A DNA stretch of 64,000 nt, from the IMG/VR virus record IMGVR_UViG_3300042558_003926, positions 62,001 through 126,000 of that record, one strand, 5' to 3'. This document shows, piece by piece, positions 1 through 9,566 of this stretch; position 1 is the first letter of the stretch; the number at the start of each line of letters is the position of its first letter. The notes under the pieces were generated by a model. The model searched no databases and was not told where the DNA came from. It worked only from the letters and a program-made list of their open reading frames with translations. The position numbers and the translations under genes were made by a program.

Positions 1-54
1 CTCATCTTTGCACCAGATGCTGGAGGCGGAGGATCTAATAAACCTTCTAACTAA
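1..54 (+). CDS. 3' end of upstream gene (partial; ...LIFAPDAGGGGSNKPSN*)
   Basis: Frame 1 is open from the window edge to TAA at 52-54, 8 nt before the next ATG; product unknown. Confidence 0.5.
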   Translation, partial: LIFAPDAGGGGSNKPSN

Positions 55-62
55 TTTTTTAA

Positions 63-1616
63 ATGACAGTAGATTCGACTAAAATAGTAACTCTGGCTCT
101 TAATAATATGAAGCTGGATGAGTTAGTTCAGAACGACAGGACTAATGGTTCTAATAACCCGGATACACAGAGAGAACTAGGCGCTGGTCAGGATAAATCA
201 ACTGGTCTCAATTCACCCTTCATGTCGATCAATGGGTATAGTGTATCTAAGTATCTGGATTCGTTTTCTTTGGATCTTAGCGGATTTCTACCAATAATAA
301 GATTTTCCTTTACGCCGACCGAAACTGTGTTCATATCAGTAAACTACCCTAAGGACGGTGACATAGTTTCCACTTATATGAGATCCCCTGGTGATTTCTA
401 TAATCCCCTGAGAATGGATTTCAAAGTTCTAAGTGTTTCTGGTGATGTTTCAAGTAAGTATTCACCAAGCGGAACAGATTCTAATGGCACTACGTTTAGA
501 TTTCACATAGTTGCCGAAGCTTATATTCCGGGGTTATATTCCCCGAAGATTAAGTCTTTCAGTAAAATGAATTCAGCAGATGTTTTATTAGACGTTTCTC
601 AGGAATTAAATCTTGGATTTGCAACAAACGAGAAAACAACTAATGACTCTATGACGTGGATATGTCCTAATTATTCATATTATGACTTTATCCAGGAGGT
701 TTGTCTTAGATCGTACAAGGACGACGAGCAAAGTTTTTTTGACTGCTGGATAGATCCATATTACAATCTGAACTTCGTAAACATGGGAAGTCAATTTGCT
801 TTCGAAGGTGACCCTAAGCAGGAGGTTCTTATTATTCCTGGATATGCAGACGGTGGTCTAAAAATGGATTCAGCTATTCCAGGAACTCCAACCCCAAGTC
901 CAGCTAAAGTACCATTAGTAATAACCAACGCAATAGGAGCCGGTGTTACCCCCTTTTTCATAAATGGATACACGCTAACCTCAAGAGCAGGGAATAATAC
1001 CAATGAGTTTGGCTACATAACGGAGGTTGGCTTTTATGACGAAGAATCAGAGGAGGGAGGTTTAGATGGCAAATATGTTAAATATGAGATAGAAACGCAA
1101 ACAACGGATAATGTAAGACCCGGAGCTATACTTCAAAAAGGAAGAGCTAGAGATAATGAATACAAAAACGAAACGAGAAGGGAATGGTTTGGTGTTCTGA
1201 ATTATTCCCCTGACTTAAACGATGGGGTTCATCAGAACTATTATCATGCTACTGTTCAGAATACTATAAATATTAGCGATGTTTCTAAAATGACTTTGGA
1301 AGTAGAGCTTTCCTCGTATTTTCCTGGAATTATAAGAGGAATGGTTTTACCTGTTTCTATTTATGTTTTCGACGGTGGATTAAGACAGCAGAATTCAGGG
1401 AATCTCTCCAATAAAGATAAGAATACAGGACTCAATCCAACCATCGATAACTTCCTATCTGGAAGTTATGTTGTTACCGGAATGGAGGTTTATTGGTCTA
1501 AGTTTTCAGGTGGAATGAAGCAGAAACTTTCTCTATCTAAAAGGACGTGGACTGCTAACTCTTCCGGAACTATTCCGAAGGCTTTCCCTATTTCTATTCA
1601 AACGGGACAATTCTAG
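63..1616 (+). CDS. Baseplate hub protein (T4 gp27 / P2 gpD-like)
   Basis: 517 aa; hub-like W(I)CPN..YYDFI segment and C-terminal LSGSYVVTGMEV...QKLSLSKR; lies two genes upstream of the spike. Confidence 0.6.
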   Translation: MTVDSTKIVTLALNNMKLDELVQNDRTNGSNNPDTQRELGAGQDKSTGLNSPFMSINGYSVSKYLDSFSLDLSGFLPIIRFSFTPTETVFISVNYPKDGDIVSTYMRSPGDFYNPLRMDFKVLSVSGDVSSKYSPSGTDSNGTTFRFHIVAEAYIPGLYSPKIKSFSKMNSADVLLDVSQELNLGFATNEKTTNDSMTWICPNYSYYDFIQEVCLRSYKDDEQSFFDCWIDPYYNLNFVNMGSQFAFEGDPKQEVLIIPGYADGGLKMDSAIPGTPTPSPAKVPLVITNAIGAGVTPFFINGYTLTSRAGNNTNEFGYITEVGFYDEESEEGGLDGKYVKYEIETQTTDNVRPGAILQKGRARDNEYKNETRREWFGVLNYSPDLNDGVHQNYYHATVQNTINISDVSKMTLEVELSSYFPGIIRGMVLPVSIYVFDGGLRQQNSGNLSNKDKNTGLNPTIDNFLSGSYVVTGMEVYWSKFSGGMKQKLSLSKRTWTANSSGTIPKAFPISIQTGQF

Positions 1617-1650
1617 AAATTAGGATAAATATGAAAAATAAAATAACCTT

Positions 1651-3963
1651 ATGTCTTTAGGAGCAACCGATAGGGAAAGGAGTTTATTTCTTAAGGGATT
1701 TAAATTATCTAAACAGGGAAATTACGAGGATCCAACATACCTTGGATTTAAGATAGTATTTGACTTCGGTACACTACCTATAAGTCCGGAAGATGGTATT
1801 CCTCCTAGTCCACTGTTTAAGGACAGAAGCTATTTTTTTGAATCTGGTGGAGCTTTCGCAGCTTCCAATCCATTCTCACAACCTCAATATGATTATAGAA
1901 ATCCATCTGCAGATGGTATGGTCCAATTTTATTCAGCAGCATCCTATTTAGAACAAAGGGAATTTGATTTCGATTATGGTCCTAAGAGAGCTGATATGTT
2001 AAGACAGTTTAAGAACACCTTAGATAACATATTATCTAACTCTCCTTGGTTTTTCCAATCAATTTCTGGACTAGATCAGTTAGCTAAAGTTGCTAGACCG
2101 GGATACCAAGCGGAAGAATCCGGGGGCTCGTTTAATCCACAAAGAACAGCTGGTAAGACTTTGGAGATAACTACTCTGGAATCTTTAAATTTAAGAATAT
2201 CAGCTCTAGCCGATCTTTATAGTCAGGCTACATTTGACTATGATAACATGAGGGAATTGCTCCCTAGAAATCTTAGAAGATTTACCATGTACATTTTTGT
2301 ATCAGAGATTAGAAATTTCTTTAAGACATCTAGGTTGATTGGTTCATCAGCAGCACTAACAGCAATAGATAATGTTTCTACCCTTTTAGCTTCTGGGAAT
2401 AATCCCGGAAGTAGTTTGGGTGTTGCTACTACTGTAGCGGGAGAACAAAACCAAAATTTCAACGGCGGATCTTCATCAACAAATCCAGCTAGTTCATTTA
2501 ACTCTTTTGTTGGAAATATAGCAAATCAATCGGGATTGGATAATGATTTTTCTCTACTTCAAAATCAACAAGACCAATCGGGTATAAAGCCTGTTATTGT
2601 TTTTGAATGCAAAAATTGTGAGTTTGATTTTACTGAAAGCACCCCCATACCTAGTGATCTTAATATAGGAACAAGTGCTAACGCATCTACGAATAAATTT
2701 AAGATTCACATTGGTAGGGTAAGAATGAGAAGCCAATATCCAAACATTAGACAAGACGGTAAACCCCTTGTTCTTGGTGATAGTTGGGATGCCGCTAGGT
2801 CTTCGGTACAAAGAAATCCTGGAAGTATTGATGGTGCTCTTTCTATAGGGGGAGAGCTATTAACCAACTTTGTAAGTAATTCTCTTAATGATTTAGTAAA
2901 TGAAGGGGTGGCCAACTTAGCAGGAAACCTAGGAGGACTCAATAAATTGGTATTGGGTAATGCTTACAGTTTTAATCCTTCTGAGATATTAGCGGATCTC
3001 TCGTTTAATAGTGCTCAGAATTTTATAAATGGTTTAGATGGAGTTAATGCAGGGATAAGGGAAACTACGCTACCTAATCCACAAACTACTGGACTAGGAG
3101 GCCCACCGCAAAGGGTTTATAATAAACCATCTGGAGATGCTTATAACAAAGTTCCCGGTGCTGACCTTGGCGTCACGGAGAGAGTTTATCCAGCCCCGGG
3201 AGGAGATGCTTATAATAATGTTCCCGGGCAAGATCTTGGATCGCCCGAAAGAGTCTATCCAGAGCCAGAAGGTGACGCTTATAATCAAGTCCCTGGCCAA
3301 GAATTAGGAGTTCCTGGTAGGGTTTATCCCGAACCTAATGGTGACGCTTATGACACTGTTCCCGGAGCAGATCTAGGAGTTCCCGATAGAGTTTACCCCT
3401 CACCGGGGGGTGACGTTTATGCGAACGTTCCTGGACAAGATTTAGGTGTCCCTGATCGGGTCTATCTAGATTTTAATGACGATGTATATTCAAATGTTCC
3501 TGGAGCCGACCTCGGTGTACCGGAGAGAGTTTACGGAAAGGGATTGGGTGAAGACGTATACACAGATTCTCCAGTTCCTCAAAACTTAGGTAATAATAAT
3601 AATGTTTATCCGGTAAATCCTATACAGTCATCCGGACTAGAGGAGAGTAAGGTTTATTCCGACGAGGTTTCAGCTTCTACTGAAAATTTAGGAGGACCAG
3701 TTTATCCGGAAGAAGTGTCAATATCGTCTAGAGGTGAATTGAGAAGTCCGTCTAATACCTTTGATAGCACTCCTACCCCAGTGTATCCTCCGACTAAAGC
3801 CCCTGTAAGTTCAAGGTCCAGGGGGGAAATAGGAAAGGTTTATCCTCCTGTTACTGATGATTTTAAAATGGAGGGACCTATAGATTTAGGAAACCTAAAA
3901 CCACCTACAAAATATAATGTTAGTTTAGGACAGTTTAACCCAGATCCTACTAATTATGATTAA
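1651..3963 (+). CDS. Tail-tube-fold baseplate/tube-initiator-like protein with C-terminal 23-aa Pro/Gly repeats
   Basis: N-terminal FFQSISGLD and FECKNCEF segments resemble gp19/gp54-type tube folds; located between hub and spike; repeat-rich C-half. Confidence 0.45.
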   Translation: MSLGATDRERSLFLKGFKLSKQGNYEDPTYLGFKIVFDFGTLPISPEDGIPPSPLFKDRSYFFESGGAFAASNPFSQPQYDYRNPSADGMVQFYSAASYLEQREFDFDYGPKRADMLRQFKNTLDNILSNSPWFFQSISGLDQLAKVARPGYQAEESGGSFNPQRTAGKTLEITTLESLNLRISALADLYSQATFDYDNMRELLPRNLRRFTMYIFVSEIRNFFKTSRLIGSSAALTAIDNVSTLLASGNNPGSSLGVATTVAGEQNQNFNGGSSSTNPASSFNSFVGNIANQSGLDNDFSLLQNQQDQSGIKPVIVFECKNCEFDFTESTPIPSDLNIGTSANASTNKFKIHIGRVRMRSQYPNIRQDGKPLVLGDSWDAARSSVQRNPGSIDGALSIGGELLTNFVSNSLNDLVNEGVANLAGNLGGLNKLVLGNAYSFNPSEILADLSFNSAQNFINGLDGVNAGIRETTLPNPQTTGLGGPPQRVYNKPSGDAYNKVPGADLGVTERVYPAPGGDAYNNVPGQDLGSPERVYPEPEGDAYNQVPGQELGVPGRVYPEPNGDAYDTVPGADLGVPDRVYPSPGGDVYANVPGQDLGVPDRVYLDFNDDVYSNVPGADLGVPERVYGKGLGEDVYTDSPVPQNLGNNNNVYPVNPIQSSGLEESKVYSDEVSASTENLGGPVYPEEVSISSRGELRSPSNTFDSTPTPVYPPTKAPVSSRSRGEIGKVYPPVTDDFKMEGPIDLGNLKPPTKYNVSLGQFNPDPTNYD
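3133..3546 (+). repeat. Six tandem 69-nt (23-aa) coding repeats GD[AV]YxxVPG[AQ][DE]LGxxxRVYxxxx
   Basis: Read directly from the translation: GDAYNKVPGADLGVTERVYPAPG / GDAYNNVPGQDLGSPERVYPEPE / GDAYNQVPGQELGVPGRVYPEPN etc.; DNA copies are degenerate. Confidence 0.95.
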
Positions 3964-3965
3964 TT

Positions 3966-4667
3966 ATGGATAGCGAAAAGAGTTACCTCGGAAAAATAGT
4001 AGACATAAAAGATCCTCTTTACAGGGGAAGAGCCAAGATTACTGTCTTTGGAGTACTTGATGATATTCCAGTTGAGGATTTACCTTGGGCAGAGCAGATC
4101 TCTGGTCTCTCTTTCGGGGCAGATAGCGGGAGCGGTAACCTTTCTATACCTAGATTGGGATCTATAGTAGCCGTTCATTTTGAACAGAACAATTATTATA
4201 AAATGTACTTCCATTACCTTAAAGAGATTTCTCAGGATTTACTTGCTGAACTAAAGGAGGATAATTCTTACGATGGAACTCAATCTTTAGTTTATGATGG
4301 TGATGCACAACCTGGAACTCTTAAGTTAATATACACAAGGAAGAATGGCTTAGTATTTCAACTGGGAGACGCGACTATACAACTGGACACTCAAAATGGA
4401 GGAACTGATGCTGAAAAATTAAGGATAGTCCTCAAAATGAATGACGATGAGATAAGAATGGAAAAAAGCGGGGGTAAGCAAAAAGTTATCGTTAATTCAA
4501 GTAATATAGAATTAGGAGAAGCTGCCGTTGAAAAATTAGTTAAAGGTAATACATTCTTAACTCTATTTAATTCTCACACCCATCCAACTCCAGTGGGCCC
4601 ATCGGGAACACCAATTCCTACTATGGTTGATAACATTCACTTAAGTCAAGTTTCAAAAACTAAGTAA
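3966..4667 (+). CDS. Baseplate central spike (gp5/gpV-like OB fold, C-terminal HxH apex)
   Basis: YLGKIVDIKDPLYRGRAKITVFG...LPWA...IPRLGSIVAVHF OB-fold signature; C-terminal FNSHTHPT metal-binding tip motif; no lysozyme domain. Confidence 0.85.
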   Translation: MDSEKSYLGKIVDIKDPLYRGRAKITVFGVLDDIPVEDLPWAEQISGLSFGADSGSGNLSIPRLGSIVAVHFEQNNYYKMYFHYLKEISQDLLAELKEDNSYDGTQSLVYDGDAQPGTLKLIYTRKNGLVFQLGDATIQLDTQNGGTDAEKLRIVLKMNDDEIRMEKSGGKQKVIVNSSNIELGEAAVEKLVKGNTFLTLFNSHTHPTPVGPSGTPIPTMVDNIHLSQVSKTK

Positions 4668-4669
4668 TT

Positions 4670-6094
4670 ATGCCGGCTGACTGGAAAGGTTTTATAGATA
4701 GTTTCTCTGATTATTTAACATCTAAGGTAGAAAAAACACCGCAGAAAAATGCTGACAAGCTAATAGAGCTTTATTTAGATGCACTATCAAATAGAGCTAG
4801 ACCTTTGCCTGGAACTGCTCTATTTAACAAGAATGATCCTAAAGTAATTTCAGCCAAAGGAGCTTTAAAGGAGTCTTTTGGTAAAGCAATGGAGATGATG
4901 CTGAAAGACCCGGATCAGCAAAAATTATCATTCACTAATAAGAAGAAAGATAAATCTTTTTTTGATCCTGCCACTTTTGAAGCAGAACAATCTATACCTA
5001 CTGAGCCACCTTCTAGCTCAGACCCACTCCCTCAGATAGATCCTAAGTATTATGATGAGATTATAGCTAACTCTAGTCAGACTTTCTTTATTAAACAAAA
5101 GGATGGACCGAAGTCAAATAGGATCTTTGATTACAAAACCAGGGTCGATCTAACATTACCCGAGGGATATGGAATTCCTTTGTCCATATTCGGGAGTACT
5201 ATAGATGAGATTATATCAACTCTGAAAGCATACACATATCTACCCGGATTGCTTAAATTAATATCATACAGGAATTCCGGATATGATCTTGTACCCGATA
5301 TAAACAAAAAAGGAGTTGCTACTACATATGGCGAGCTAATTAGAGATTTTGTTAAATTGTATGCTAGAGGAGGTGACTATAGACAAATAGGTGACGCGTA
5401 CAGATCCGTAACAGGATCGAGTGATGAAAACCTTAGTGCTACCATAAATTCAGAGCTAGGCATCCTTATAAAGCTCTATGCTGACTATGAGCTAAAGACT
5501 TGGTTAGAGATAGCAAGACCTTACATAGAAAAAACAGCTAAGGATAAAGCAATAGCAGAAATAAAGAAATCCCAAAATATACCGGAATCTCAAAAGATAG
5601 AGGGTGAAGATGACGTAGTAAATCCGAATATAACCGATCAGTTAGCTACTATGATGATAGATTCAGAGAAGGATCCATATAGTATAATGGCAAGATCCCT
5701 AGTTTTATTTTGGACAATAGTAGGAACAGGAACAACGACTCTTTTTTCCGGAGCAACTGGAGTTCCGCCTTCTACTATAGCTATTCCTAATACATATCAA
5801 ATAGTTTTTCCTGGACTTCCTTTTATAGTTGCTAAGGGGTTTAAAAAGGCTTTTAATGTCGGGGTAAATCCTAAATTTATTCCGGAAATAACATTTTTAC
5901 AATATCAAATAAATCCCTCTGCTGCAATTAAAAAAATAGACGATGCGGGTAAGCTTTCAGCAAAAGCAACGTCCGCTGCTATAGCTGCTGTTTTTGCGAC
6001 TCATCTTCTTACTGTAAAATTTATTTACTTCGGACAGATACCTGCTGCACCTTCTCCTATCCCAGCTCCTTCCTTTGTTTTTGCAGTCTTTTAG
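4670..6094 (+). CDS. Hypothetical protein (probable baseplate/spike-associated)
   Basis: 474-aa ORF starting 2 nt after the spike gene; no recognised motif. Confidence 0.6.
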   Translation: MPADWKGFIDSFSDYLTSKVEKTPQKNADKLIELYLDALSNRARPLPGTALFNKNDPKVISAKGALKESFGKAMEMMLKDPDQQKLSFTNKKKDKSFFDPATFEAEQSIPTEPPSSSDPLPQIDPKYYDEIIANSSQTFFIKQKDGPKSNRIFDYKTRVDLTLPEGYGIPLSIFGSTIDEIISTLKAYTYLPGLLKLISYRNSGYDLVPDINKKGVATTYGELIRDFVKLYARGGDYRQIGDAYRSVTGSSDENLSATINSELGILIKLYADYELKTWLEIARPYIEKTAKDKAIAEIKKSQNIPESQKIEGEDDVVNPNITDQLATMMIDSEKDPYSIMARSLVLFWTIVGTGTTTLFSGATGVPPSTIAIPNTYQIVFPGLPFIVAKGFKKAFNVGVNPKFIPEITFLQYQINPSAAIKKIDDAGKLSAKATSAAIAAVFATHLLTVKFIYFGQIPAAPSPIPAPSFVFAVF

Positions 6095-6119
6095 AAATAT
6101 TTCTAGGAGTACTTTTAAA

Positions 6120-6148
6120 GGAACTTAATGATGGATATATAGTATAAT
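6120..6148 (+). promoter_or_regulatory. Putative middle promoter GGAAC-N18-TATAAT with nested late motif GATATATA (6134-6141)
   Basis: Same spacing as copies at 45253, 54016 and 60867. Confidence 0.6.
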
Positions 6149-6185
6149 TAACAGTATTTTTAATCACTTATAAACTAAAAAAAAT

Positions 6186-7346
6186 ATGAATTTTCCAAAT
6201 TCTGAAGAATTCGACTGGAACGTTTCCGGTAAATTTAAACCTAATGCTAGAATCAAAGCCCTAGATGGATCCAAAGTGTATTGTCATGAGCCTTACGCTG
6301 AGGAATTATATAAGAAATACGAATCAACCTATCACATGCTAGATGGCGGATCTAAGGACCTAGTTGAAGGATCGGTTTATAAATGTAAAGTCATGGACGT
6401 GTATTCTGACAAGGTACTTGCTCAGACTGGTTCAGGACAAACAATTTACATAGACCTTAAGAAGGAATTAAAAGATGCTATCAAATTAGGTATTGATGGC
6501 ATTACATTTAACATCGGTGAGGATGTTAATGCAAGAGTTAAAAAAGTCAACGGAGGTTTTAATGGATCCGTTGTTGAATATTACATCCACACGCTTCGAG
6601 CTGAATTATTTGACCAGATTAAGAAAGAAAGCAGTGCCTATCTTGTTAAGGTGGTTAGCGTAAATAAAGGAGGTTATATAGCCGATCTATCTGGAATTAA
6701 GTGTTTCCTACCAGGATCTCTTGCAGCAGCTAACAAGATAACAGATTTTGAATCCTATATTGGTAAGACACTTCACGTAATGATTGAAGGTTATGTCCCA
6801 GCTAAGGATATCTTCATTGTATCATATAAGAAGTATCTAAATAAGATAATGGATTCAAAGATCCAAGAGCTTGATCTGACTAAAAAATATAAAGGATATG
6901 TTACTGGTACATCTGACTTTGGTGTATTCGTTGAATGGGATAGCGTTTATACTGGACTTATCCATAAGACCGAGTTCCAAGACGAAAGCTATCTTTCCGA
7001 TCTTACTCCTGGTAGCGAGGTAGAATTCTACGTTAAGGAGATAAAGGAAAATAATAGATTAACTCTTACCCTGGATAAACCATTGGAAAGAAATATAATT
7101 CTACAGGATCTTGAAAATAGAATTAAAGAGGGAACATCTGATATCTATGAATCTAAAGTTAAGCATAAAAGAAAAAATGGTGCTTTAGTTGAAATAGAAT
7201 CTCTAGGTCTTATGGCTTTGGTTCCACAGGACAGATTAGGAAAAAAATCAGGAGCTGTTAAACCCGGTGATATATTGACCGTGACTCCGTACGAGGTTGA
7301 TCCTCTATCTGGAAAAATATTTGTTCAACTAGTAGATGTCGGATAA
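6186..7346 (+). CDS. rpsA: Ribosomal protein S1-like protein (about 4 S1/OB domains)
   Basis: S1 repeats: VVSVNKGGYIADLSGIKCFLPGS, YKGYVTGTSDFGVFVEWD..YTGLIHKTE, VKPGD.LTV; N-terminal EEFDW as in Bacteroidota bS1. Confidence 0.85.
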   Translation: MNFPNSEEFDWNVSGKFKPNARIKALDGSKVYCHEPYAEELYKKYESTYHMLDGGSKDLVEGSVYKCKVMDVYSDKVLAQTGSGQTIYIDLKKELKDAIKLGIDGITFNIGEDVNARVKKVNGGFNGSVVEYYIHTLRAELFDQIKKESSAYLVKVVSVNKGGYIADLSGIKCFLPGSLAAANKITDFESYIGKTLHVMIEGYVPAKDIFIVSYKKYLNKIMDSKIQELDLTKKYKGYVTGTSDFGVFVEWDSVYTGLIHKTEFQDESYLSDLTPGSEVEFYVKEIKENNRLTLTLDKPLERNIILQDLENRIKEGTSDIYESKVKHKRKNGALVEIESLGLMALVPQDRLGKKSGAVKPGDILTVTPYEVDPLSGKIFVQLVDVG

Positions 7347-8742
7347 TAGAACACAGGTTGATAAACTGCATGCTCTTAGTTCTTCTGTTATAGGATTTGA
7401 GTTTGAGTTCTACACCAATCTTTTAAAAGGTAGGGCAGCAGAATCTTTATCTAAGCTTTTAAAGAAAAAAGTAGAGGTATCTGAAAAATACCATTCGAAT
7501 ATTCCGGTTGATGCTAACAATTTTAAGCTAGAACCGGATTATTCAGGTGGGAGTAAAATGATGGAGTTTATTACCGGTCCTTTGCCATATAACGAGGCAA
7601 TTACCATACTGATAAAGACTCTAAAATGGATAGATGAGAATGGATGGACCACCGATAGGTGTGCTTTCCAATTCTCCGTTAGTTTCGATAAGTTCAGAAG
7701 AGACGTTAAAGACAGAATGGAGAATCTCGATAAGCTTAAGTTTATATTAGGTTTGGATGAGCCATTCATATATTCTAAATTTGGTAATAGGGAAAGAAAC
7801 GTATATGCAAAATCTATAAAGAGAGTAGTTCCAATCAATAGATTTTCTATACTAGAGAATATAAGCACAATAGATCCTAAGATGTACAAAGTTCCTAACG
7901 ATAAGTACTACGGGGTTAATTTCACAAAGATTCCTCAGGGATATTTGGAATTTAGATATCTTGGAAATCGTGATTATCAGAAGAAAAGTAAGGACATTAG
8001 AGAAATCATCGACTATATTATCCTCTATCTTTATGATTTATTGAGTCATAGAATATCCGGATACAATAAGGAAGATTTAGCATCATTACAGAAGATGATG
8101 TCCAAATACTCTAAAGTTGTTAGATCCTTTAGTAATCCTGATTTTTTCTTTAAGGCATTCCCAGATTTTCACGTATTTATAGATCTTAAGGGATTTGATG
8201 AAAATGTTAAAACTTATTTTCCGGTAATAAGGGATAAGATATTCGATTTAATAGTTGAAGGAAATATAACTTCGTGTTATTTTAATTATGATACTACAAC
8301 TGGAAGATATCAAATAAAGGAAGCTAGATGTAGAAATTCATTTGAGTTATCCAATTTGGATCTGATCCTTTGTGATATAAAAAATGCGGTTATTAAAAAT
8401 TGTAATATCTACAATTGTGAGATTAAAAAATCATCTTTGGAGGATTCTTATATCTACAGTGGAACTAAAGTCATATCATCTAAGGTAAAATCTACGATAG
8501 TTGATTTTTCCAACGAACTTAAGGATTGCTTTATAGACTGCGAGGGGAAGAACATTAATTGTAAAATAATCGGTGGTGTTTTAAGAGCTGGTAATATTGG
8601 GGAGAATTCCGATATAAGCAAGGAAACAATGAAAGTTAAAAATCCGGCAGATCAGAGACTTGCTAGATTCGTTACGGATAAAAGATTAAAGGATCTCAAC
8701 GATAGATATAATAATCCGAAGTTCGGTAATATGAACTATTAA
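7336..8742 (+). CDS. Putative amidoligase-family (COOH-NH2 ligase) protein with C-terminal beta-helix
   Basis: GFEFEF, LEPDYS, MEFITGPL, KYYGVN and YLEFR motifs; C-terminal ILCDIKNAVIKNCNIYNCEIKKSSL pentapeptide-like repeats; overlaps the S1 gene by 11 nt. Confidence 0.65.
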   Translation: MSDNRTQVDKLHALSSSVIGFEFEFYTNLLKGRAAESLSKLLKKKVEVSEKYHSNIPVDANNFKLEPDYSGGSKMMEFITGPLPYNEAITILIKTLKWIDENGWTTDRCAFQFSVSFDKFRRDVKDRMENLDKLKFILGLDEPFIYSKFGNRERNVYAKSIKRVVPINRFSILENISTIDPKMYKVPNDKYYGVNFTKIPQGYLEFRYLGNRDYQKKSKDIREIIDYIILYLYDLLSHRISGYNKEDLASLQKMMSKYSKVVRSFSNPDFFFKAFPDFHVFIDLKGFDENVKTYFPVIRDKIFDLIVEGNITSCYFNYDTTTGRYQIKEARCRNSFELSNLDLILCDIKNAVIKNCNIYNCEIKKSSLEDSYIYSGTKVISSKVKSTIVDFSNELKDCFIDCEGKNINCKIIGGVLRAGNIGENSDISKETMKVKNPADQRLARFVTDKRLKDLNDRYNNPKFGNMNY

Positions 8743-8756
8743 AAAAATCTACTCAG

Positions 8757-9533
8757 ATGACCCAAGAAGAATTAGTACAGGAAATACAAGACGCTCTTTC
8801 TTTTAGTTGTGCTTTACCGTATCAGCTTAACGTGCAGGAAATTGAAAGAATTATAAACAGAGCCAAGGCTTGGTTTTATGATAATTACCAATATGCTGCA
8901 GAGGAAAGAGTTTTTGTTCTTTCGAATTCTTTATTTCAACACCCTGAGTTTAAAAGAACTAGACAGATCCAACTTCCTAAAGCCATAGTGGCTGTTTATG
9001 AAGTTAGAGAACTAGGTGGTTCTGGGATATCCGGAAACCCAGACAGGGATTTCAGCGATTCCAAGTTGCTTGGATCTGAACTCCTATTATCTCCATTTGT
9101 TGGAGATAATCTTGTTTATAGAACGGTAATGTATTCATACTTCGATTTAGCTAAGGCCTATCTATTGAATACCTATGCCTTTAAATATAATAAAAATACA
9201 AAATTCTTAACCATATTAGGTAGAGATCCAAATAGATCCGGAAAGGGACAATTAGCTCAAGGATTTGGAGTTGGTGGTATAGACGTTTCTGTTAGATGCT
9301 TCGTTGCAATACCGGATGAATATCTATATGACGATGAATTATTCGTAAGATACTGTATAGCTAAATGTAAAATAGCTCTTTCCCAAATGCTGGGCGTATT
9401 TTCTTATAATCTTCCGGGGGGAGTCCAGATTAATGCTGGAGAAATCGGAACTCAGGGAGCAACTGAACTCCAGGAAGTTATGGATATGATCAACGGAGAG
9501 AATACTCCTTCATATTTCTTGCAGTGGAACTAA
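8757..9533 (+). CDS. Neck protein (T4 gp13-like)
   Basis: C-terminal RYCIAKCKI...NLPGGVQINAGEI...G..EL signature of gp13-like proteins. Confidence 0.8.
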   Translation: MTQEELVQEIQDALSFSCALPYQLNVQEIERIINRAKAWFYDNYQYAAEERVFVLSNSLFQHPEFKRTRQIQLPKAIVAVYEVRELGGSGISGNPDRDFSDSKLLGSELLLSPFVGDNLVYRTVMYSYFDLAKAYLLNTYAFKYNKNTKFLTILGRDPNRSGKGQLAQGFGVGGIDVSVRCFVAIPDEYLYDDELFVRYCIAKCKIALSQMLGVFSYNLPGGVQINAGEIGTQGATELQEVMDMINGENTPSYFLQWN

Positions 9534-9537
9534 TCTC

Positions 9538-9566
9538 GATATATACATGGAAACACTTTTTCCATG
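9538..9566 (+). promoter_or_regulatory. Late promoter motif GATATATA followed by a hairpin (CATGGAAA/TTTCCATG) covering the gp25 start codon
   Basis: Motif at 9538-9545; inverted repeat at 9546-9553 / 9559-9566. Confidence 0.55.

Noticed and set aside
3133-3546. Periodic 69-nt repeats as a possible CRISPR array or DGR template
   Set aside because: In-frame coding repeats with synonymous divergence; no constant repeat/unique spacer pattern, and no cas or reverse transcriptase gene in the window
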